Source: an uncultured Verrucomicrobiae bacterium | GTDB lineage: Bacteria; Verrucomicrobiota; Verrucomicrobiia; Limisphaerales; Palsa-1400 | Reading direction: 5' to 3' | DNA: 64,000 nucleotides | NCBI GenBank assembly: GCA_963764165.1 | Contig: CAVXRD010000001.1 | Coordinates: 768,001-832,000, forward strand | Shown: positions 27,429 to 36,461 of the stretch, piece by piece | How positions within the stretch are numbered: position 1 is the first letter of the stretch | Layout: the number at the start of each line of letters is the position of its first letter | Notes under the pieces: generated by a model | Told to the model about the DNA's origin: nothing | The model's database searches: none | Seen by the model: only the letters and a program-made list of their open reading frames with translations | Made by a program: the position numbers and the translations under genes

Positions 27429-28940
27429 TTAGCGTATCTTCAATTCCGCGCGGATTCTCTCTTCACACTTCGGGCATACGCCGTGGGAGAATTCGGCGTG
27501 GGTGTGGTTGCCGACATATTCCTCGACGCTTTGCCAAAATCCTTGATCCGAGCGGATGTTTTTGCACCAGGCGCAGATTGGAATCATCCCGGAGAGGGTT
27601 TTTACTTCCGCCAGGGCCTTTTGCAACTCAGCGATGAGCTTTTCCCTTTCAACTTCGGCCTGGTGGCGCAGTTTTCTCTGGTGGCTCGCCATGTAGTAGG
27701 CGGCGAGCAACAGCACCACTGCCATCCCGCTGCCAAAAATAAGCAGCCGCGAAACGCCGCGAAAATCGTCTTGTTCCCGGTTGTCACGCGTGAACAGCAA
27801 CGATTTCTCCTCCTCGTTAAACGCCCTCAGGGTGCTGTTGGCCTCGACAGCCGCCGCACGGCTCTGGCGTTGAGCATCTGAACCCATCGCCGCGCCCACG
27901 CCCGAACGGCGGAAGATGGCAAGCGTCCGCTCATCGGCAGCGAGTTCGCTGTCCACCGCGCCGGACAATTTTGCCAGCCGCTGCGACTGCAATGAGTTGT
28001 CGACCGTCAATGCAGCCAGTTCCTTGAACCGCTTTTTCTCCGCATGAATTGTAGCGCTATAGGACTCCAGGGCGTTTGTGTCCCCCGAGATGACGTAGCT
28101 TCGCAGCCACCGCTGGATATCTGAAATATCCTCCTCCAGGGCCTGCGCCGTCAGGATCACGTCAAACGTGTGCTTTCTCAGGGCGGTCGCGTTCTGCAAT
28201 TCAAAGGTTCCATTGCCTGCCACAATCGCGATCATGATCATTAGCGCCACCGAGCCGCTGACCGGCAGCAAATGCCGGAAATCGAAGTCCTCAATTCGCG
28301 CCGCCTGCAAAACCCATGTCATCATCCCGATCCCCAGCAATACAAAAAGCGTCGCGGTATGAATCGCCATCTGCGAATACGCGCCCCAGCCATAGGCCGC
28401 CGAAATGCCGACCACGTATCCCACCAGCGCCACGCACGCGATCTCGGCGACGACACAGGCCAGAATTCCCACACAGGTCATCACCGTTTGCCGGGCGCGC
28501 CTGGCTTGGGCCAGCATCAATCCCCCGCCGATAAAAATAAAACACACCGCCGTAAGCGGCGACATCCGGCCCGGAAACCTCGAAGCCGGGGCCAGATAGT
28601 GGGTGGAAAAAAACTGGTCGATCCCAAAATTCCTTCCCAGAAGATACTCAAGCCAGGTCAACAGCGAAAGAAACGCCGCCAAGCCACCCAGCCATGCGCC
28701 CAAAAACTTCCGAGCGCCCGCCACGAAAAACAGCGCGGCTCCGCAAAGGATGAAGCAAAGAGCCGTGTTGTACTGAATGGGCGCCGCGTCCGGAATCATC
28801 TTCAGGAACCACGTCCAATGCGCGTGCCAGCCTGCGACGGCAAGCGCGCCGCAAGCTGCGGTCACCGCGCCAGCCACACGCGCAAAACGATGAAGCGGCA
28901 GGGCATTTGCGATGGCCTTATTTTCGTTGGAACCGGACAT
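27429..28940 (-). CDS. Multi-TM + CHASE3 sensor with a C-terminal CxxC...CxxC domain and no kinase domain
   Basis: About 7 N-terminal TMs (GRMSPLTA, MAIHTA), CHASE3-like region (HTFDVI...LRSYVISGD...LTVDNSLQ), IPICAWCKNIR...FSHGVCPKC. Confidence 0.8.
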   Translation of the reverse strand: MSGSNENKAIANALPLHRFARVAGAVTAACGALAVAGWHAHWTWFLKMIPDAAPIQYNTALCFILCGAALFFVAGARKFLGAWLGGLAAFLSLLTWLEYLLGRNFGIDQFFSTHYLAPASRFPGRMSPLTAVCFIFIGGGLMLAQARRARQTVMTCVGILACVVAEIACVALVGYVVGISAAYGWGAYSQMAIHTATLFVLLGIGMMTWVLQAARIEDFDFRHLLPVSGSVALMIMIAIVAGNGTFELQNATALRKHTFDVILTAQALEEDISDIQRWLRSYVISGDTNALESYSATIHAEKKRFKELAALTVDNSLQSQRLAKLSGAVDSELAADERTLAIFRRSGVGAAMGSDAQRQSRAAAVEANSTLRAFNEEEKSLLFTRDNREQDDFRGVSRLLIFGSGMAVVLLLAAYYMASHQRKLRHQAEVEREKLIAELQKALAEVKTLSGMIPICAWCKNIRSDQGFWQSVEEYVGNHTHAEFSHGVCPKCEERIRAELKIR

Positions 28941-29026
28941 GAATCGGCATTAGACTGCAAACCAATCAGGGCGCAAAGTCGAGCTTTATCCGTGCGTGTC
29001 AGAGGGCGCGTCCAGCCATGTGAGAA

Positions 29027-29089
29027 AGTGGCATAGCCGTCCCGGCTCGGCTGATTCTCTTGATTCAGCGGCGGGACGCCGCTGCCACT
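29027..29089. repeat. REP-like inverted repeat
   Basis: agtggcatagccgtcccg ... cgggacgccgctgccact. Confidence 0.65.
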
Positions 29090-29134
29090 CTGTTCGAGAG
29101 GATTTTGACCTGCACCCATTGCCAAACGAGTCAA

Positions 29135-29545
29135 ATGAACATCCGATACGAAACCTCCAGACAAATCAGCCCAGCCGAGTTTGTCGGGCTTCTCAAACGG
29201 TCGACGCTGGCCGAAAGGCGGCCGGTGGATGATCCGATCTGCATCGAGGCCATGCTCCGGCACGCCAATCTTCTTTGCACGGCTTGGGATGGCGAGACGC
29301 TGGTTGGAGTGGCGCGGTCGGTCACGGATTTCGAGTATTGCTGTTACCTTTCGGATTTGGCCGTTGATGAAAAATACCAAAAGCAAGGCATTGGCAAAGA
29401 GCTGATTCGGCTGACCCAATCAAAGCTCGGCCCCAGGGCGAAGCTTATTCTCTTATCCGCGCCAAAGGCTGAATCGTATTACCCCAAAATTGGATTCGAC
29501 GCGCATCGTTCCGCCTGGATTTTGGCGGCGAATAAACGCATTTGA
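29135..29545 (+). CDS. GNAT family N-acetyltransferase
   Basis: YLSDLAVDEKYQKQGIGKELI (motif A) and YYPKIGF. Confidence 0.9.
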   Translation: MNIRYETSRQISPAEFVGLLKRSTLAERRPVDDPICIEAMLRHANLLCTAWDGETLVGVARSVTDFEYCCYLSDLAVDEKYQKQGIGKELIRLTQSKLGPRAKLILLSAPKAESYYPKIGFDAHRSAWILAANKRI

Positions 29546-29670
29546 CTGCAGATTCAGTGGAATAATCGCGTGGTCTTCCAGCATGCAGCAACGGCCTGCC
29601 CAACAATCCCGCAGGGATTGAGAAGTTGGCGTCCAGCTCGAATTCCGCCGAAAACAGCGATGAACCAAAT

Positions 29671-30099
29671 TTATTTGTCCCTCAGCAGCCAGTTCAATTT
29701 CAATTTCTCAGCCAAGCCCAATAGAATCGAAGTCGTGGGCGGCTTTACCAAATAATAATTAGCTCCCAATTCCTTCGCCCTTCTCAAATCCGAAGGCTCC
29801 TCGGATGAAGAGAGAATGACGATCACCACACTGCTCAGGCTGGGTTCGCCGCGCGCCCAAGCCAGGACTTCCAATCCGCTGACAAATGGGAGTTTCAAAT
29901 CCAGGAAAATAACAAAGGGCAGCGGGTTGGATTGCCGGTCGCTGAACCTGCCTTTTCCCGCGAGGTAATTCATCGCCTCCTGGCCATCCTCGGCCAGGGC
30001 CAGGGGATTTGAGATTCCCGCCAGCTTCAACGCGCGCGTCATCAGGAAGACATCATCCTCGTTGTCTTCCACCAGCAAAATGGTTGGCGCGCCGCTCAT
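29671..30099 (-). CDS. Single-domain response regulator (receiver only)
   Basis: ILLVEDNEDD, FLDLKLP, LSSS, YLVKP; ATGA overlap with the upstream kinase stop codon. Confidence 0.92.
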   Translation of the reverse strand: MSGAPTILLVEDNEDDVFLMTRALKLAGISNPLALAEDGQEAMNYLAGKGRFSDRQSNPLPFVIFLDLKLPFVSGLEVLAWARGEPSLSSVVIVILSSSEEPSDLRRAKELGANYYLVKPPTTSILLGLAEKLKLNWLLRDK

Positions 30100-33000
30100 T
30101 CCGCCGATTTCAGCATCACCCAAAAGCGGCTTCCCTTGTTCAATTCCGATTCGACTCCCGCCGATCCGCCCATGCGTTCCGCCGATTTTTTGACGATGGC
30201 GAGGCCAATGCCGGTGCCTTCATAGCGTTTCTCGGGATAGATGCGTCCAAAAATTTGAAAGATTCTCTGATGATGCTGTGGGTCAATTCCTATTCCGTTG
30301 TCCGCGAACCAAAGGCGGACGTCGGAACCGATTCTTTCGGCGGAGATGCGAACTTCCGGAAACACGTTTGGGTTTGAAAATTTCACCGCGTTGCCCAGGA
30401 GATTGGAAACAATTTGGGTCAGCAGCGCTTCATGGGCCATCACCGGAATCAGCGGAGAAACCTCGACTCGTATTTTGCCGGGGCCAAGATTCGGATAATT
30501 CTGCACAATTTCCGAGATGACCGCCCCAACGTCAACGGCCTTGAATTCGATTTCGCCTTTTGCAATCCGGCTGTAGGCCAGCACATCGCGAATGAGCAAA
30601 TCCAATCGGAACGCGGCCCGGTGGATTCTTTGGAGGTGATGGGCTGCTTCGGGATCAAGCTTGTCCTTGTAATCCTCCAGCAATGCGTCGGCATACCCTT
30701 GCATCGCCCGCAGCGGCGCGCGCATGTCATGAGAAATCGTGTAGGAGAACGCTTCCAATTCCAGGATGGTTTCCTTCAGCCTGGCCGTCCGCTGCTGCAC
30801 GGTGTCTTCGAGCACTTGGTTTTGCGCCGCCAGCGCGAGGCGGGCTTCGATCAGGGCTTGGGCGGCCCGCTTGCGTTCCGTGATGTCCTGCACGACGCCA
30901 ACCATTCCAATGACCTTGCCGTCGGAACCGTAAATGCCGCGCCCCCGGGTAGCGACCCATCGCTCCCCGGCAACGTGCGTGTTGAGCGCATATTCAATAT
31001 TGTAATCGGAGTGCGTGGCCAGCGCATGCTGCGAAGCGGCCCTTGACCGGTCACGATCCTTTGGATGCACCAATTCACGGACTCCTTCCCAGGTCCAATG
31101 CGTAATCTCCTTTGCTTGCCCGAAGATCACCGAACCGCGCTCGCTCAAGGTAAGGATTTGAGTGCCCGCGTCCCAGCTCCAATCGCCAAGATCCCCAGCG
31201 TCAAGGGCCAGGTGCAAACGCTGGGCGTTTTCCGCCGCGGCGATTTCGGATAGCTTGTGCCTTGTGATGTCCAGGCACGCGCCTGTCATATGGGTGGGCC
31301 GGCCCGCGTGGTCGAAAAACATTTTGCCCTTGTCATGGAGCCAGTGCGTGCTGCCATCCCGCCAAACCACGCGGTAAGACATGTCAAAATCCCGCCCTTC
31401 CCGCGCGCAACACCGGCACATTTCCACCACGCCCTCGCGGTCTTCCGGATGAACAGCGGCCACGAAATTGTCAAGCGAACGAATCGTTTCGTGCGGGGCC
31501 AGTCCAAAGAGCCTGTCCAGGTTCTCGTCCCATTCCAGGGAATTGTCGCCAATGTTCCATCGAAATGTGCCCGCGCCCGCGGCATTCAGCGCGGCCTGCA
31601 ATCGCTCACCCGTCTCACGGAGGTCTGCCTCCACCTTTTTGCGAATGCGCGAGAGCTTCACGTGGGCGTTGACGCGCGCCAGCAGCTCGCGCGCGCTGAA
31701 GGGCTTTGTCAGATAATCATCAGCCCCGGCATCGGTGCCTTCCAGCCGGGATTCCTCGCCGGCGCGGGCGGAAAGCAGAATGACAGGAATGCCCCGCAGC
31801 GAAGCATCGTTCCTCAAATGCTTGAGCAGTCCGAACCCGTCCAGCTCCGGCATCATCACATCGGTCAAGACCAGATCGGGCGGATTTCTCCTCGCCGCTT
31901 CCAGCGCGAGCGCGCCGTTGGAAACGGCCTTCACGGCATATTCCTTTCCGAGCAATCGCAGGATGTATTCGCGCAAATCCCCGTTGTCTTCCGCCAGAAG
32001 AATGCGCGGCAGGCCGCCCAGCGAACCCGCATCGCCGGCCGTCGTCAGCGCACTTGCGCTGGAGGTGGAAATCTCCAGTGACTGCTGAGGCAGCCAGGAA
32101 GACACCTCCTCCGCGAAAAGCTTGCTCTGCGAGGCCGGATTGGAGCGCGCCAGAATGTTGGATTGTTCGCCCGCGGCGCGATTTTCCCCAAAGGGAATTC
32201 TGATTTGAAACGTGGTGCCCTTGCCCTCCGCGCTTTCCACTTCGGTTGTCCCCTCATGCAGCCTCACCAATTCACTGGCCAGCGCCAGGCCGATGCCCGT
32301 GCCCTCATGGGAGCGCCCCCGGGCATTTTCGATTCGGTAGAAGCGTTTGAAGATTTTGGGCAGCTCCGCCGCTGAAATTCCGATGCCCGTGTCCCACACC
32401 TTCAATATGACACCGTGGCGGCCAGCCCGAAGCGAAATGCCAATTTCTCCGGAAAATGTGAATTTGAAGGCATTGGACAGCAAATTGAAAACGATCTTCT
32501 CCCACATGTCACGGTCAACAAAGACGGGCCTGGGAAGCGGCGGACAATCCACCGTGAACGTCAATCCCGCTTTCTCAACCGCCGCTCGGAAAACGCTGGC
32601 GAGGTCAGCCGTCAATGTGGCGAGGTCCGTTTCGACGAAAACGGCCTGCGCGCGGCCAGCCTCAATGCGGGAAAAATCGAGGAGTGTGTTGACCAGCTTT
32701 AGCAGGCGAAGGCTGTTTCGATGAATGACTTCAAGTTCCGCGCGGTCATCCATGGCGCCCGGCGGCTGCTTTCGCGCGAGCAGATCCTCCAGTTGGCCGA
32801 GCATGAGCGTCAGCGGAGTGCGGAACTCGTGGCTGACATTGCTGAAGAAAGTGGTTTTCGCCCGATCCAATTCCGCCAGCATTTCCAACCGCTGCCTTTC
32901 CTCTTCTGCAACGTGCGCATTTTGGATGGCAGTGGCGATATGGCCGGCGACCAGCTCGAAAAACCTCAGATATTCCGAATCCAGCTTGCGCGCGGCATTT

Positions 33001-33914
33001 GCACCCACGATCAGAATCGCCCATGGTTTTTCCTGCCCACCCGAAAGGACCGGCAGAACGACGGCTTGCGACAATTTCTGGCCAGCCAACCCTGCGGGAA
33101 ATCCGCCTACTCCGCCAATAGACACCACGCGCGGTTGATGATTTTTCAACACCTCGTCCACCGGCCAAAGAACGGGTGCGCCGGGCGGGATCGACTCGGG
33201 GCTGGCGTCCAATCCTTTTTCAATGCCAATCGCCTGCTCCAAAGTCAGCGCCTTCCCGTTCGCGTCGAACAAATAGAGCAGCATGAACGGAATATCATCC
33301 GCATTCTTCGCCAGTATGGCAGCCGCCGAAGAACAGGCGGACGCCGTCGTTTTTTCCACGAGTGATTTCGCGGCAAGTTCGGAGAGGGTTTGCAGCCGCC
33401 GCGCGTTGAGCACCTTTGAAGTCACCTCCGCCGACGGACAGAAAAGGCCGCCGACACCGCCCGATTCATCGCGAATGGGGCTGTAAGAAAACGAATAAAA
33501 TGTCTCCTCCAAAAAGTCCCCGCGGCTCATGAACAGCCGGACATCATTGACGAAGGAAGCCTCGGCTTTTTGAAACACTTTGTCAGCCAGGGGACCGCAG
33601 ATGTTCCAGATTTCGGCCCAGACCGTCGCCGCCGGCTTTCCCAAAGCCCAAGGGTGTTTTGCCTGGCTCAAAACCTGGATGTAAGCGTCATTGTAAAGGA
33701 ATGTTGCTTCAGGTCCCCAGCCGATCCACATCGGATGCTGGGAATTCAGCATGAGGCCAACGGATGTTTTCAGGCTCTGCGGCCAGTGCTCAATCGGCCC
33801 GAGGGGCGACCGCTTCCAATCGAAGGCGCGAATGTTCTCGCCCATGGAGCCGCCGCCGTCAAGAAAGCTGAATGTTTTTTCCAAGCGCATCCGAAACGAT
33901 TCGGGGGATTGCAA
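30096..33914 (-). CDS. Hybrid sensor histidine kinase: PAS-GAF-HK-REC-PAS-PAS-HK
   Basis: Two H-boxes (VSHEFRTPL, ISHDMRAPL), two HATPase_c sets (NAFKFT, NAVKFS), central receiver (LAEDN, TDVMMP, LTKPF). Start uncertain. Confidence 0.9.
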   Translation of the reverse strand: MQSPESFRMRLEKTFSFLDGGGSMGENIRAFDWKRSPLGPIEHWPQSLKTSVGLMLNSQHPMWIGWGPEATFLYNDAYIQVLSQAKHPWALGKPAATVWAEIWNICGPLADKVFQKAEASFVNDVRLFMSRGDFLEETFYSFSYSPIRDESGGVGGLFCPSAEVTSKVLNARRLQTLSELAAKSLVEKTTASACSSAAAILAKNADDIPFMLLYLFDANGKALTLEQAIGIEKGLDASPESIPPGAPVLWPVDEVLKNHQPRVVSIGGVGGFPAGLAGQKLSQAVVLPVLSGGQEKPWAILIVGANAARKLDSEYLRFFELVAGHIATAIQNAHVAEEERQRLEMLAELDRAKTTFFSNVSHEFRTPLTLMLGQLEDLLARKQPPGAMDDRAELEVIHRNSLRLLKLVNTLLDFSRIEAGRAQAVFVETDLATLTADLASVFRAAVEKAGLTFTVDCPPLPRPVFVDRDMWEKIVFNLLSNAFKFTFSGEIGISLRAGRHGVILKVWDTGIGISAAELPKIFKRFYRIENARGRSHEGTGIGLALASELVRLHEGTTEVESAEGKGTTFQIRIPFGENRAAGEQSNILARSNPASQSKLFAEEVSSWLPQQSLEISTSSASALTTAGDAGSLGGLPRILLAEDNGDLREYILRLLGKEYAVKAVSNGALALEAARRNPPDLVLTDVMMPELDGFGLLKHLRNDASLRGIPVILLSARAGEESRLEGTDAGADDYLTKPFSARELLARVNAHVKLSRIRKKVEADLRETGERLQAALNAAGAGTFRWNIGDNSLEWDENLDRLFGLAPHETIRSLDNFVAAVHPEDREGVVEMCRCCAREGRDFDMSYRVVWRDGSTHWLHDKGKMFFDHAGRPTHMTGACLDITRHKLSEIAAAENAQRLHLALDAGDLGDWSWDAGTQILTLSERGSVIFGQAKEITHWTWEGVRELVHPKDRDRSRAASQHALATHSDYNIEYALNTHVAGERWVATRGRGIYGSDGKVIGMVGVVQDITERKRAAQALIEARLALAAQNQVLEDTVQQRTARLKETILELEAFSYTISHDMRAPLRAMQGYADALLEDYKDKLDPEAAHHLQRIHRAAFRLDLLIRDVLAYSRIAKGEIEFKAVDVGAVISEIVQNYPNLGPGKIRVEVSPLIPVMAHEALLTQIVSNLLGNAVKFSNPNVFPEVRISAERIGSDVRLWFADNGIGIDPQHHQRIFQIFGRIYPEKRYEGTGIGLAIVKKSAERMGGSAGVESELNKGSRFWVMLKSAE

Positions 33915-34045
33915 ACCGCCATGTTACGCAGGCGGCCTTGATTGCACGCAGCACAATACCAAGGGAAGGCGTTTTTTCAACGAGAACGTGTCATCATTGG
34001 CCAAGCGGGGATTGATGAAGGGCGTGAGATTGAGGTCGCGAAGCG

Positions 34046-34208
34046 AGGTAGCAACGCCTCGCCGAGGCGTCCAGGGTGAGAATTCCCCTGACGAAGTTCG
34101 CGCATTGAACCCATGAACTCGGTAAGTTCATGGGGGGTTCTCAAAATTTCCGGCGTCTCGATAAATTTCACCCGTCGGCCCGGACGCCTCGGCGAGGCGT
34201 CCCTGCCT
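34046..34208. repeat. REP doublet family R1, copy 3 (degenerate, with inner cccatgaac/gttcatggg hairpin)
   Basis: aggtagcaacgcctcgccgaggcgtcc ... ggacgcctcggcgaggcgtccctgcct. Confidence 0.8.
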
Positions 34209-34225
34209 TTCGTTGAAAGTCCACT

Positions 34226-36316
34226 TTACTGGGACGAGGTCCAGTGATGGCCAGTTCCGTCGTCGGTCACGGTTGGAAAAGCGGAAATCCGTAGGCGGGC
34301 AGCCCCTTCCGGGATCAGCTCCACCGCCTGCACGGCAGCATCCGACGCGGCGGGACTCTGCTGCAGCACGCCGCAAAGCTTGGAACTATCCAGCGTCCAA
34401 CCCGGAATTTGCCGCCCGTGCGCTGTCAACTCAATGGGACTGTGATCGGGCGTGAACGGGTAATTGTCCGCCGGCCAACTGCGCGTGACCACTTCAAATG
34501 AATTCTCCGGATGCTCCTTGTCCAGCGTCAAACCGAAATTCCACGGCGACGCCGGATGGATTTCGTAGGAGGGCCACTTGCTCGTGTCCGCGCCCGGCTG
34601 CCACTTGGAATCTTCGATCGCGGTTTTGACGCTGTTCTTCTCTTCGTAATCCTCGTTGATGTGCAGCGAGAAAATCAACGGACCGCGTTCGACGCTGACG
34701 GAATCGTGATTCGCGGCCCAGCGATGAACATCGATGTTCATCGGCAGCGTGAGCGCAACTTCGTCGCCGCTTTTCCATGACCGCTCGACGCGGGCGAAAT
34801 GGCCGGCCCGAAGGCTTGCGCTGACGGACTTGCCATTCACTTTGAGCGAAGCATTTTTGCACCACGCCGGGATGCGGAAATAAATTGGGAATTGATCGGA
34901 TTCGTCTAATTTCACCGTAAAGCGGATGGATTCTTCGAATGGATAATGGCTTTGCTCCTCGATGTGGACCTTGCCGCCGCTCCCGACCCGCGCCGAAACG
35001 GAGCAGGCCGAATAGAGCGTCGCGCAAATGCCGTTGTCCGGCGTGGCGTACCAGAGATGCTTGCAAAACGCCGGCCAGCCCATCGAATGGTTATGCTGGC
35101 AGCAGCGGGAGCTGAACGGATTCATGATCAGGAACGGCCCGCCGTTGTCCAATCCCGGCGCGTGCGATTCCGAATCGCTCAAGACCATGTTCGGCGCTGT
35201 CAAATATCTCAATGAGCGCAAATCCGGCATCAGCGCGGCGGGATAATCGTTGAAGGCGACCTCCTCGCAGTTGTCCGCCCAAAAAACATCGCCCGTGATT
35301 TCCAATAGCAATTCGTCCGAGAACATTTGCTCGACCATGCCGCAGGTCTCGACACCTTGATGCGGATCGGAATGGCCGGGCCGGCAATTTTCATCGCCGC
35401 CGAACAAGCCGCCAGGCACTTGGCCGTAACGCTTGCGAACTTCGCGGAAATCAGCGTAAGTCGCCTCCAGCTCGGCGCCGTTATGCGTCTGCAAATAGTG
35501 CTCCGCCGGTTCGCGGAATGATTCGGTGATGTTCACATTGTGCCAGTTGGGGAGATCGTTCTTCATTTCCCAATTGGCCGTGCAGCGGTGGATTTTAGTG
35601 GCGACTTCGAGCAGCGATGGGTCGCCGGTGAGGTTGTAAAGCCAGTAAACGCTGTGGAGATTGTCGCCGCCGCGCATTTTCTGCCAGTAATGGGTGAGGA
35701 ATTGATTGTCCGGCACTGTCAACTGAAACTTGAAGTAGCGCGACATCACTTCCGGCACGCGCGCGTCGTGTGTGTGCTCATAATAAGTCTCGAAGCAAAA
35801 AAGCATCAGCATGTTGGCCCAGAAATCGCGCGAATGATCGTCGTCGAAACGCTGGTCAGGGCCGAAATCGCCGTCGGGCCGCTGGCTATTGAGCGCGCCT
35901 TTGACCCAAAGTTCGCCTTCGGCAATCATTTTGGGATCGCCGGAAATGTAGGCCATCTGCAAATAGCCGCGCAGCCAGTAAGGCACTTCCTCCCAGCCAT
36001 ATTTGCCTTTGCCGTCGCGGCTGAGCCAGGCGTTGTCGGACTTTTGCAGCCACGCGCTGATTTCTCCCAGGTGGCCGCACAAGCCATCCGCCTGGCGCTT
36101 CAATGTTTCGCGCAGCCAGCCGCCCGGTTGGACATCGGCAATCGGGAGCGGGATCAATTCCGAGGGCAGCAGCGGGGCGCGATTGCCCATGTAGTAGGAA
36201 TTGGTGGAGTGCATGCCGCTGAAATCACCGGCGCCGGCGGCTTGGGCACTGGGCGTGGCGGCAATGCAAATGAGACACATTGCGGCGGCGATTTTGCGAA
36301 TATTTGTCAAATGCAT
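34226..36316 (-). CDS. GH127/GH146-like beta-L-arabinofuranosidase, secreted
   Basis: Signal peptide, GWEEVPYWLRG, HNVN, ETCGMVE, RCCQHN, YPFEE, FRIPAW, ERGPL. Confidence 0.85.
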   Translation of the reverse strand: MHLTNIRKIAAAMCLICIAATPSAQAAGAGDFSGMHSTNSYYMGNRAPLLPSELIPLPIADVQPGGWLRETLKRQADGLCGHLGEISAWLQKSDNAWLSRDGKGKYGWEEVPYWLRGYLQMAYISGDPKMIAEGELWVKGALNSQRPDGDFGPDQRFDDDHSRDFWANMLMLFCFETYYEHTHDARVPEVMSRYFKFQLTVPDNQFLTHYWQKMRGGDNLHSVYWLYNLTGDPSLLEVATKIHRCTANWEMKNDLPNWHNVNITESFREPAEHYLQTHNGAELEATYADFREVRKRYGQVPGGLFGGDENCRPGHSDPHQGVETCGMVEQMFSDELLLEITGDVFWADNCEEVAFNDYPAALMPDLRSLRYLTAPNMVLSDSESHAPGLDNGGPFLIMNPFSSRCCQHNHSMGWPAFCKHLWYATPDNGICATLYSACSVSARVGSGGKVHIEEQSHYPFEESIRFTVKLDESDQFPIYFRIPAWCKNASLKVNGKSVSASLRAGHFARVERSWKSGDEVALTLPMNIDVHRWAANHDSVSVERGPLIFSLHINEDYEEKNSVKTAIEDSKWQPGADTSKWPSYEIHPASPWNFGLTLDKEHPENSFEVVTRSWPADNYPFTPDHSPIELTAHGRQIPGWTLDSSKLCGVLQQSPAASDAAVQAVELIPEGAARLRISAFPTVTDDGTGHHWTSSQ

Positions 36317-36343
36317 AAACTTTCTTTTACCAAGCCCCCCCTC

Positions 36344-36461
36344 GGCAGGGCGAGACTCTGTCGATCCCATCATGGATTTCGACGCTGGGAAAACTGACAC
36401 ATTCATTATCTGTTTAGAACGCCAAAAATCCAATCAGGGCTCGACTGAGTCTCCCCCTACC
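36344..36461. repeat. REP doublet family R2, copy 2; contains the stop codon of the GH2 gene
   Basis: ggcagggcgagactctgtcgatccc...aatcagggctcgactgagtctccccctacc. Confidence 0.85.
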
